Source of the DNA: a virus
Taxonomy: Duplodnaviria; Heunggongvirae; Uroviricota; Caudoviricetes
Reading direction: 5' to 3' (one strand)
DNA length: 64,000 bases
Virus record (IMG/VR): IMGVR_UViG_3300042154_004306
Shown: in pieces, positions 40,301 to 47,676 of the stretch
Position numbering within the stretch: position 1 is the first letter of the stretch
Layout: each line of letters starts with the position of its first letter
Notes under the pieces: model-generated
Told to the model about the DNA's origin: nothing
The model's input: the letters and a program-made list of their open reading frames with translations, nothing else
The model's database searches: none
Made by a program: the position numbers and the translations under genes

Positions 40301-40547
40301 TACTAACTTAATTAAGTTATATTCAATTGAAAGTTTCGAGTTCTATTCACTAAATGATAGTACAATACCTAATAATTTAGTTAACTTCATTCAAGTAGAT
40401 TACGATTTGCTTGGAGATCTAGGTTATAGCTTAATTCGAAATGTCAAAATAAATAATACCAAATCAAACCTAGTAGAAGGCTCGATTTTGATAAAACCTA
40501 ACACCGGTGTAAAACTAGTGCCAAAAATAAAAATTAAATTCATTTAA
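34314..40547 (+). CDS. very large virion structural protein (2077 aa)
   Basis: GTG-start ORF in the late operon, beta-rich S/T/N composition; no family recognised. Confidence 0.5.
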   Translation: MVTYTQLAERNVSFQLLRTNPKLTTNIKLTVDSGGDLWLNSINANEQLADQKYKRFAINENSNHEINLYKFYDNGKTPSAIAYQVGSTIGKTAVAKDLKDQFDFDLYTSGAKYLTSRQYSEKFSYFAPLYLDQVVPTKFVIFKIPGASNYTAGQGKTLQNISVQEFATDAFKHSTIVKVFDLGKTSKIGQYLENIAKNPMFTKKPLYVNHKTDGYSLYRGASISAGTYVEIPEQLSTVFSRALPLLKVEEFVTLGYERNKIIYPKILNMEFLFNDITSNDYEFNRYFGFYCNDIDLEEFEIDLDRMYSESSENVVAIETVSQLSLSPSSTFTLSVTGTNLEDLGVNNISFTGSGNISVTNAVFSSGVLTISGTYTSFPQGTQLTITANNINSIKFELQSSTISDPWVELETLVFDPFVNDQALPVKYSQADDISLTLTNSTGVKLNGKELGQNLSDINQNRTSTETLFFPYIKSKTGDLHLINSNDWNQSDTLVTFKIDEVSVDLGTFFGPTDLISQPTASISKVDTKSTVALQLVNKPDHLDRLRIYHPSGSCLDVNDSGGRYDEIVFVKSYFTGGPSSLPTGTTYVVDYPTIPIINFSALDPNSVPPSNSQYSPAAIGTQYISTIDNSKWYFNGTEYIEGVYGSRIYVNADLDISQITQAIYGVTIELRDSSIIAVPFNDTVFIQSREFGDTYGELKIRVIATASSTFKINGTSTSSLVWADGGFLSKPHAIIDIGNIEKLTPILDDIVVKTNTNWSKISRVCRAVDLVKSGLSDADQAAALSYFNNYATIELIDDEAVNVNYDKIEIRKLFKPKIGVLSIFEVMDIDFSTYSTRYSRNLLLDLYKDIYIPANVTMLDFTKYSYQIVGDGDIEVNGQLYDMASVGTGPRPLVWQNTDQLSKYTVVRGDAILIYGKKRPNTTTDPISTLYPDRLDLAYYDESNDLIDYSGPFALKADHAYQSQQNLTYENRDRYVLGNVSSEYHVYLENFNKDYASTGRVIPYITKWGLEDSTDGRDNPYRLNSDLMFGKDNFGPSHRETSPTPEKLTHEWFYIESEFGYLNDPKLARYNFSYFDSPIDIDQLTGSTQYFETYFTYIPKVNGFEVDRPQFRYSILNKNQFTKQYETTFKGAKFKFYEIDDFGNSIIDTTRFEDYKFSVLLKPIKEIPTVTRQPIKYRVIENTNAKSITVLIEVAIGYKGLLDNSILTADWSTSTGDLINQTSLFNNSFRTTQTRYSIDATITVSSLTTYLNLINGTTLISADLGQTVHIIYAPVISPSSSPIALYSSIIASAGSTVYSDVSNGLISNGDRLGERTYASVSQALPLILNQGTYPCVRIQSEFQDSWELNTAAAGSGQLDPSSGVFNNTLNGGTLAINQVSAVSSSFFANGTINQSYKLNQILQSGNSFKIAYGIANSSYEEVVYTASSSVTYSSGVFTIPITYVNGGVTTSITNGTEVLFKSNWVVPSPVDSNSTALDEFSIEHNVSYYDSVFGDYRIEFSNVSNLTHSFLYFAKNKKYNNKAAAYSTIKLSRGVDLSTSGINISTATLLPESIETRKLIGLLDYDSAADSEIEQSNIGFSPFYIIKPGQKSIVLQIQTVSGPSSTPVLPTPTNLANITLTEDGIAGANQNLAILSQSSTKSLKTVIPATINLGDIVSFSYADSGIPNGITSTWVEQAQHFQIFGGVKYFDKLFGNLSFAKFVQLLDKSQEVISWETYTDGINLNVKKLSMEVLAADEISKSTIVKISQESVQSGQINQIAGVTLSEVNSQAYSVNRYSGEYDIITKPTAGFKYNFSINENDLTSANVCLNPHVENFFVIPEFEFVKYAKTSILDLENSQNYSAEYPLIGETPIDRTSLNILSSSWDYNYHFEYSQKNTFSRIPGSRRVTEDYSFISKLINVPTGFTIESFTALEVDNPTFLTSTATTANLEYSIFGNEVRFKLNITDLITKHLSDNGLRSEFQKFFKDETGNLITTSTEFLGDLTFEQYLAQYCSTNLIKLYSIESFEFYSLNDSTIPNNLVNFIQVDYDLLGDLGYSLIRNVKINNTKSNLVEGSILIKPNTGVKLVPKIKIKFI

Positions 40548-43324
40548 TGGCAATCATTATAAATTTAAAGGAGATATTCGCAACCGATAGTCAAGTTGAT
40601 GTCTCAAATAAAGTAAACTTCAACTTTAATCAATTAATTGCACTCGGCATAGGTGCAACTGGTCCAACTGGCCTAACTGGCCCAATCGGCCCGGCTGGCC
40701 CAATCGGCCCAATCGGCCCAATTGGTGAAACTGGCTCAGTTATTTACGGAACAACTCCAGCAACCGCCGCCACAAGCGCACCATCTGGTGCACCGTCTGG
40801 TATTAGAACCGGCGATGTTTTAATCACAGCTGACAAAGTTTTTAAAAAGGTATTAACCAGTGGATCTAATCTCTATGGTTGGGAAGTATTGACAGATTTC
40901 AATACGCTAGTTCAAACCGCACTAGGTACAAATATTTCTCCGTACGTTAGATTGGGAGCCTCTTCTAGAGTCGTAAAACCTAGAGTTACAGCAGGCTTAG
41001 ATTTAACAAATAGCGCGACTAGCGGAGACCCTAACTTTGTAATTCCAGGATTAGGAACAAATTATCAAACCGTTCTCTATAATTTCAATGAGTTAAAAAC
41101 ACGCTCATTAGCATTAGTCTCCTCAAACATTGCAGCGATTGCAAATTCATCAACCGAAGTATCATTTAATGCAAGTAGTTCGTCGGTTGTAAGTTTGACT
41201 AATAATCAAATAACTGTGTCGGCTGGACACGGCTTAACTACTGGCCAATTCGTAACCTATTCTAATGAGGGCGGTACATCAATCGGCGGATTAACAAATA
41301 ATGGAGGATATTACGTGTATGCTTCTAGTGGAACAGTATTCTCTCTTTGTGAAACCTATGCCTATGCTTTAGCTGGTACTCCGGTAATTGACCTAACTAG
41401 TTTAGGTAATTCAGGATCTCCTCATAAATTCATAACTTATCCAGCCTCAGTAGACAGCATATTTCCACAAACTTCAAATTTATCGGTTTACTCTTTCTTT
41501 AACAGCACGGCGTCTGCCGCAAAAGAATTTGAAACTGATCCAAACTCAAAGGGTTACAGAGGTCAAATTGAACTAGGTTCAGTAGACACTCTATCAACTG
41601 CATATACTGGAATTACTTCTCAAAGCTTCTTGATTAGTCCAAGCTTTGAAAACTTAAGAATTCGAAAATACCGATTAGGAGGTTTCACAATCAGTGGTGG
41701 AACTACTGCCAATCCTGGAGACTATATGCTCCGAGCTGAATACGATCTTTCCTCAAGCGGAAGTGAGGTCGCTGAGTCATTCTCACCTCGAAGAAACAGC
41801 GAGCACCGATGGTTAATCAACAAGGCCGGTACTTCGCAATCAGTTGGCCGAACAGTTGAAATGAAATTGACGAACGAGCATATAATAGAAAACACCGAGG
41901 CTACCGCATTTGCTGCCGGCGTGTCGGTTGACGGTTTATTCTTTAAGAGAGGTGCAAGCTTTGGAGCAGGTTTAGCCGTTAATTACTTTGGAATAGGATT
42001 TAATCCAGCGAATAATAACTCAATTGATTTCGATGCGCCAAGTGGAGTGACATTCAATTTCAATAGGAATATCGTAATAGGTAGCTCAACCCTAAAAACA
42101 AACGAGATCGATTACACCGGAGGAGTTGGAACAACCTGGAAAATAACAACCGTCAATGGTGATCTTAAACTTGAAACTCAAAATGCAACTGCAACAATTT
42201 CACTAAACAATGCAGTCGTCGTAAAAGAGAATCGCCTCGCACAAGGTCTGCCATTCCCAGTAACTCAAGTTGCATCGGCTGATTCAAATACGCTCGATGA
42301 TTATGAAGAAGGCACATGGACTCCAACACTTTACGGTGGAGCCCTACAAAATCTAGCAAACTCAAACCCATCATTTAAGAGACTTATGACCACTACGTCA
42401 GGTGACTTAGCTAGTTATGCTAATCCAGCTAGAGCATATTACACAACAGGCGGTCTGGTTGAAGAAGTTGGACTATACGGACCTATTGGATCAGGGTCAA
42501 GTTATACATACCGCGATATTCCAATCACAGTTGAATACGCACAATACGTTAAGATTGGAAAAAAGGTGACATGTTGGGTAAATTTCACGATTAGCCCTAC
42601 ATTTAACTGGATAACAACAACTTATACTGGAACATTCGCAGCCACCACACCGACTTCAGTATATACTGCCGGTTCAAATGCAAGTCGTTGTGATTTCTTA
42701 TATGCTACAAATGGGACTTGGCTCGATAGCTGTGCAATAGGGCTTACTCTACCGTTTGGAACACACCTTGAGCCGACTGCAGGTTCAGTGGGTGCGATAC
42801 TACCCACCGGAATGGAAGATCGTCTTAGCGACACTGTGCTCGCCGGTAGTTTTAATCTACAAATAGACAATAATGTGAATCCGTCTTTTGGGTCCAGCCC
42901 AACCTATCCAGTCATACAGTATCCAGCATTATATCAGAATCCCCTAACTTATACTGCTGGTGTGGCAACCGGCGGAGACGTTTCAACCTCTGGCGCTGTA
43001 GGCCTAACGGCCAATGCGTTACCAATCAACCCAACTGGAAAGTCCGAAATTAGACTCGGCAAGGTTCAGACCAGATTACTCAGCGGTTCATCAAGCTATT
43101 CCCCAGCTGCACTATTCTTTGGCGAAAGAGATGTTAAAGGAGTGGATGCGTTTAGTAATTCAGGCTTCGCTAGTCGTAATGCCGGTACAAGTAAATTAAG
43201 TCCAGTTACCGCCTTTGATTGCATATACGAAGCGTGGGTTCCAACATCGGCTCCAGCGGACAGCAATTATCAGGACAAGCTTATCAGGTTTCAGTGCCAC
43301 TTTACGTACGAAACTGCCAATTAA
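40547..43324 (+). CDS. tail fibre protein with short GXY collagen segment
   Basis: KVNFNFNQL anchor, (GPT/GPI)n at about 40651-40740, a GHGLTTGQFVTY repeat domain and the NTLDDYEEGTWTP fibre motif. Confidence 0.7.
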   Translation: MAIIINLKEIFATDSQVDVSNKVNFNFNQLIALGIGATGPTGLTGPIGPAGPIGPIGPIGETGSVIYGTTPATAATSAPSGAPSGIRTGDVLITADKVFKKVLTSGSNLYGWEVLTDFNTLVQTALGTNISPYVRLGASSRVVKPRVTAGLDLTNSATSGDPNFVIPGLGTNYQTVLYNFNELKTRSLALVSSNIAAIANSSTEVSFNASSSSVVSLTNNQITVSAGHGLTTGQFVTYSNEGGTSIGGLTNNGGYYVYASSGTVFSLCETYAYALAGTPVIDLTSLGNSGSPHKFITYPASVDSIFPQTSNLSVYSFFNSTASAAKEFETDPNSKGYRGQIELGSVDTLSTAYTGITSQSFLISPSFENLRIRKYRLGGFTISGGTTANPGDYMLRAEYDLSSSGSEVAESFSPRRNSEHRWLINKAGTSQSVGRTVEMKLTNEHIIENTEATAFAAGVSVDGLFFKRGASFGAGLAVNYFGIGFNPANNNSIDFDAPSGVTFNFNRNIVIGSSTLKTNEIDYTGGVGTTWKITTVNGDLKLETQNATATISLNNAVVVKENRLAQGLPFPVTQVASADSNTLDDYEEGTWTPTLYGGALQNLANSNPSFKRLMTTTSGDLASYANPARAYYTTGGLVEEVGLYGPIGSGSSYTYRDIPITVEYAQYVKIGKKVTCWVNFTISPTFNWITTTYTGTFAATTPTSVYTAGSNASRCDFLYATNGTWLDSCAIGLTLPFGTHLEPTAGSVGAILPTGMEDRLSDTVLAGSFNLQIDNNVNPSFGSSPTYPVIQYPALYQNPLTYTAGVATGGDVSTSGAVGLTANALPINPTGKSEIRLGKVQTRLLSGSSSYSPAALFFGERDVKGVDAFSNSGFASRNAGTSKLSPVTAFDCIYEAWVPTSAPADSNYQDKLIRFQCHFTYETAN

Positions 43325-44112
43325 GCCTTTAATTTAAAGGGAATAGCCTTCTTTTTTTCAAGCATTCGGCTGTAATCCAGTAGAACATTAGCATCAAATC
43401 CATGGACTGGTTTCATGATGCGATTGACCAAAATAATGTCCTTTGCAAGACAAATTCCATCAGATAGCACAACATGATCAGTGCCTGAAACAACTATCAC
43501 GTTCTGGTCAGGATTAAAATCTTTTAAATTAGGCTTTGCCTCAAGCAGCCTGGCCTTAAACTCTGAATTCTTTAGACCCGGTAAATCCAATACTGCTTTT
43601 CGTGTGATTGAGTAACCTAGATTGCATTTGCTTTTTAGATTTAATCGGTAAACTTCATATCTGTCCAATTTAGTGGACTTACTAACAATATAGATCACAT
43701 CTTGCTTGTGTATTTGATTGTTATTTAGATGAAAGTGAATATGTTCTAACACAGGAATCTGTTTCTTTAGATAAGACTCCATTACCTCAGACAGGATTGA
43801 CGAGCATGCCTTAACGATATTCTTCCCATTAGAGTCATCCGACTGGGCCAATTGAGTTACTATTTCCATTAACTTTTCGTGTGACCTAACCACATTCAAA
43901 TGTGAATCGTACACCTTTTTATCAGCTATTACCGTGTTTAAATTTAGGTAATGGAAAACTATTTCGTAAAAGTTGGAAAAGTCACTATCTAAGTTAGTGA
44001 GATACTTCTGCTTCGCGTCCAAGAGAATGTACGTGTAATACTCTAGGTCAACAAAATTCGCTTGACAAAGCCACATTGGGTCTAGCACAAGCTTGGGGTT
44101 TAAAGGTTTCAT
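43321..44112 (-). CDS. hypothetical protein (start revised to ATG 44112, MKPLNPK)
   Basis: The upstream extension overlaps divergent promoters and the next gene; a late element AATAAATAA lies at 44132-44140 (minus). Confidence 0.65.
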   Translation of the reverse strand: MKPLNPKLVLDPMWLCQANFVDLEYYTYILLDAKQKYLTNLDSDFSNFYEIVFHYLNLNTVIADKKVYDSHLNVVRSHEKLMEIVTQLAQSDDSNGKNIVKACSSILSEVMESYLKKQIPVLEHIHFHLNNNQIHKQDVIYIVSKSTKLDRYEVYRLNLKSKCNLGYSITRKAVLDLPGLKNSEFKARLLEAKPNLKDFNPDQNVIVVSGTDHVVLSDGICLAKDIILVNRIMKPVHGFDANVLLDYSRMLEKKKAIPFKLKA

Positions 44113-44131
44113 TGATACCCCGATTTTCTTA

Positions 44132-44175
44132 TTATTTATTTGACGGCTAAAACCTGAATCTGCTGCGATAAATAA
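44132..44175. promoter_or_regulatory. divergent pair of late promoters
   Basis: AATAAATAA on minus (44132-44140) and GATAAATAA on plus (44167-44175). Confidence 0.65.
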
Positions 44176-44191
44176 CAAAAAGGATTTATTA

Positions 44192-46264
44192 ATGCAAGTA
44201 ATCACCTACAAGGTAATTCCGGAGCCTCCGAAAAACACCATCACCTACAGTAAGAATTACAGAATTTTTTCTACTGGAGAACCTGTACCTGGTGCACTCA
44301 ATATCGTTGGCTTTGACGAAGACCTTGACCTAGGTAGTGCAAGTTCATCAAATATCATTCGTAAAATGAGATACTCTTCTGACCGTGGAAATTGGTCACT
44401 ATGGTATCCATTCTCACCAGCTGATCTAAGCGAACTTTCTGTTCTAACTTTCGGAGATGCACCGGTCTTTTTAGAAGTAAAGTACGAGTATGATGATACT
44501 ACTTATAATCAAATTACAACACCCCTAACTGTCAATTCTGTTAAATTTCGCATAAGCAGTACTTACGTTGCTGAATCACTATTCACGCCAACCGTTTATT
44601 GTTCAACCGAAAGATGTCCAGCAATTATTGCTGAAAGAGAGGCAAGTTTCAAGCCGTATGAGGTTGGTACCGCAATCGGTATCGCAAAGGAACTTAGCCT
44701 ACAAACCAATAAGCTATTTGGACATGAAGTCGTCTACTTTAAAACTGAGCCGGATAGAGACGGTGGAGATTTCATATTTAAGGAATGGACTCTTTTCAAA
44801 ACAACTGATCGCAAATGCGTTAAGGTCGTCGTACCCAATAATACTTTTCCAGATAACAAGCCTAACTTTACGGAGTTTGGAGTTGATTTTGAAATTCCAT
44901 TTGAGATTCATATAGATCACATATACTTTCAGTCAATATTTGGACCGGATACTCAGCCTCGCAAAAGAGATTACATGTACTTTCCGTTAACCAATAGAAT
45001 GTATGAGATTCAAGGATCTTATCTATTTAGGGGATTCATGATGGAACCTCTCTACTGGAAAATACAATTAACTAAATTCAGTCCAAACATTGACATGTTA
45101 ATGAAAACTGAGGATCGCAGATTCCTAGACAACATCATCATGACAAGCGATGAACTATTCGGTAAACCGGCAGAGGTCCAAACAAAGGACGCTCTTGACA
45201 AGAAACAATACAAGACGATATCTCATAAATTCGATGAGACTCGCCGATCAATTCATCCGGACTTAAGCAATAAGATTTTAGACTATACTTTCAACTATGC
45301 ACCTTTGATTGAGTATTACTATGATATGAGTGGAGTTAAACCCTCGATTGTTAGCTATACCGCAGTATCGGATGGGACTACTTCTGACCAAGAGCTTACG
45401 CCTAGTCAACCTTACACAATATATGCTTACCAAGATAGCAAAATTTACGAAGCCTGGACAGCGCGAAGGCTAAATACAGGAGACTCTACCGTAAGTAGTT
45501 CGGGCAAACTTTTACCAATTAAAATGAATGGGCCTAAGGCTTCCTATAACTCAGCTACTGGAAAATATGTGGCGGTTGAAGGTTACAAGAATTTAGGACT
45601 TAACCCAAGCGAGCGTAGAGACATTACCGAATTTTCGGCTGGAGTTTTTCAATTCAAGCAGTCAGAGAATGCGGTAGTTTATAAAGCAGTTGCATCGACT
45701 GTTAATACTCCAAACATGACTTTTAGTGCGCTAGTCAAATTTAACAAAGGCACCCAATCAATAAAGTTAATCGATGGATTCGATAATTTTCAAGAAAAGG
45801 GAATGACAATTACCTGTAATCTAGTTGATATTGACGGATTAACTGCAACTGTGACTACTTATGTTAATATCAACGGAACCAATCGCGCATTTCCGGTCGG
45901 AACTCTAAATTATGATAAGTGGTATTCAGTAATAATTCCAGTGTCCGCTCAATACGGCCAACTTGAAGTCAATTTTTATTCATTTGGGCAAGATCCAGCA
46001 AATGTAAAAAACTTTAATAGGCTAATTAGCGTCTATTCAAATTCAGTGAAGACTGGTCAATTTTCTTTTGAGACAACCGAAAATTGGACCCTACCTAGTG
46101 CCAATTACTCAATTGCAAATATACGACTATTCAACACAATGGTTCAGGAAGAGGATCATGAATTCATAGTGAGTCAACTCTTTGTTAGAGACGAATCTCT
46201 GCTTGAAATAATTGACAATGCTAGACCAAGATTAAACTTACCATTCATTGCAATAAACTTATAA
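44192..46264 (+). CDS. neck/head-completion protein (gp14-like core) with extra N-terminal and LamG-like C-terminal domains
   Basis: FGHEVVYF..FGVD..F..IFG..P..RDYMYFPLTNRMYEI resembles gp14. The C-terminus reads TFSALVKF..DKWYSV..IANIRLFN. Confidence 0.6.
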   Translation: MQVITYKVIPEPPKNTITYSKNYRIFSTGEPVPGALNIVGFDEDLDLGSASSSNIIRKMRYSSDRGNWSLWYPFSPADLSELSVLTFGDAPVFLEVKYEYDDTTYNQITTPLTVNSVKFRISSTYVAESLFTPTVYCSTERCPAIIAEREASFKPYEVGTAIGIAKELSLQTNKLFGHEVVYFKTEPDRDGGDFIFKEWTLFKTTDRKCVKVVVPNNTFPDNKPNFTEFGVDFEIPFEIHIDHIYFQSIFGPDTQPRKRDYMYFPLTNRMYEIQGSYLFRGFMMEPLYWKIQLTKFSPNIDMLMKTEDRRFLDNIIMTSDELFGKPAEVQTKDALDKKQYKTISHKFDETRRSIHPDLSNKILDYTFNYAPLIEYYYDMSGVKPSIVSYTAVSDGTTSDQELTPSQPYTIYAYQDSKIYEAWTARRLNTGDSTVSSSGKLLPIKMNGPKASYNSATGKYVAVEGYKNLGLNPSERRDITEFSAGVFQFKQSENAVVYKAVASTVNTPNMTFSALVKFNKGTQSIKLIDGFDNFQEKGMTITCNLVDIDGLTATVTTYVNINGTNRAFPVGTLNYDKWYSVIIPVSAQYGQLEVNFYSFGQDPANVKNFNRLISVYSNSVKTGQFSFETTENWTLPSANYSIANIRLFNTMVQEEDHEFIVSQLFVRDESLLEIIDNARPRLNLPFIAINL

Positions 46265-46268
46265 TATT

Positions 46269-47621
46269 ATGTACAAAGACTTAACCAAATCAAAAATCTT
46301 CGACAATGTTAACTTAGGATTCGAGTTCGAATTCTTTTCGCCGATTCCACGAGAGGAGCTTGCAGAGAAATTAAAAACTGCACTCAATAAGGATATCGCA
46401 TGGACTGACGAATATCGATCAGACCTGCCAGTGTCAAGAGACCAATTCAAACTTGAAGCTGACTTTTCAGGTGGATTTAAAATGAATGAACTTGTAACTG
46501 GAGTAATGCCCTATTCTGAAGCAATTCATATCATGTACAAGGTGATGAATTTTATCGATGAGAATGGATTCACAACCGACCGTACAGGACTTCACATTAA
46601 CTTGTCATTTAATGAATTTGATATGGGCCTAACTGAAAGACTTGAGAATCTAAATGTTTTCAAGTGTATCCTTTCTCTTAACGAGGAAAAGATATTTGAA
46701 ATGTGGCCTTCTGCAAAATCTAGAATTCAGAGAATTTATAAAAACTCGGTTAGTAACATCTATCCAAAAGATAAATTCGTTTCCGAGAACGCATTACCTT
46801 ATGCAAAACCTGGAAATCCAATGGACTTTGCCTTTCCTCAATCTAAGTACTTTGGCCTAAACTTTGAAAAGTTAAGAGAGGGTTATCTTGAGATTAGGTA
46901 TGCAGGTGGACCTGAATACCAAACGCGTAGAGCTGATGCAACGAATCTAATAAATTACATGTCTGAGAAGTTATATGAGACCCTAACCTCAAATACCGCC
47001 TATTCAATCGAAGACCAGAAAAAGATCAATGACGTTATTAAGCTACAAAGGCACAATACGTTGGCCCTAAAAACTTATGAAAATTTCATAAAGAATTTTC
47101 CAGATATTGAGCTTTACATTGACCTAAAGGACGATCCTAGAATAGTTGAGTCCAACTACAATAACTTAAGAGAAAGTCTATTTGACCTAATAACCTTTGG
47201 TAAAATGAAAAAGGGCAAATTGAATTACGATACTGACTCAAAAAGAGTGCAGGTCAAGGACTCAATCATTAAGGAGGGATTCTCGCTACATGATTTAGAT
47301 TTTATTAATTGTTCAATTGAGGCTGAGCTGTCTCATTGCATGTTACATAGCTGTAAAGTTAGATCTTCTAGAATCGCAGAGTGTCGAATCCTAACCAATA
47401 ATGATATCCGATATTCTCATCTAGACGATTGTCTATTTGAGAGAGGTGGCGCAAACCGAATTGATTTAAGTTACATTAACTGTTCTCCAGATAGTATCAT
47501 TTATGCTGATCTAAATGAGTGCATTGTGAGATCTGGCGTAATTGCGCTAGACTCAGAAGTTGATAATAAAACAGAGATTATTGCCGGCACCGCAAAGGGC
47601 AGTAAGAGACTCCTAAAATAA
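46269..47621 (+). CDS. putative amidoligase (COOH-NH2 ligase, Amidoligase_2-like) with C-terminal beta-helix-like region
   Basis: GFEFEF, ELVT, TGLHINLS, KYFGLNF and YLEIRYAGG. Confidence 0.75.
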   Translation: MYKDLTKSKIFDNVNLGFEFEFFSPIPREELAEKLKTALNKDIAWTDEYRSDLPVSRDQFKLEADFSGGFKMNELVTGVMPYSEAIHIMYKVMNFIDENGFTTDRTGLHINLSFNEFDMGLTERLENLNVFKCILSLNEEKIFEMWPSAKSRIQRIYKNSVSNIYPKDKFVSENALPYAKPGNPMDFAFPQSKYFGLNFEKLREGYLEIRYAGGPEYQTRRADATNLINYMSEKLYETLTSNTAYSIEDQKKINDVIKLQRHNTLALKTYENFIKNFPDIELYIDLKDDPRIVESNYNNLRESLFDLITFGKMKKGKLNYDTDSKRVQVKDSIIKEGFSLHDLDFINCSIEAELSHCMLHSCKVRSSRIAECRILTNNDIRYSHLDDCLFERGGANRIDLSYINCSPDSIIYADLNECIVRSGVIALDSEVDNKTEIIAGTAKGSKRLLK

Positions 47622-47640
47622 TGATGGGGTACTCAAAGTT

Positions 47641-47649
47641 GATAAATAA
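47641..47649 (+). promoter_or_regulatory. late promoter GATAAATAA
   Basis: Upstream of the mucin-like gene. Confidence 0.7.
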
Positions 47650-47676
47650 CTAAAAGCCCAAACATAGTAAACCTGC

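Noticed and set aside
44113-44205. 31-aa N-terminal extension of the 43321 ORF
   Set aside because: It overlaps divergent promoters and the start of the neck gene.
983-46860. Short 60-120-aa ORFs nested within or antisense to large genes
   Set aside because: They fully overlap well-supported genes and carry no recognisable motifs.
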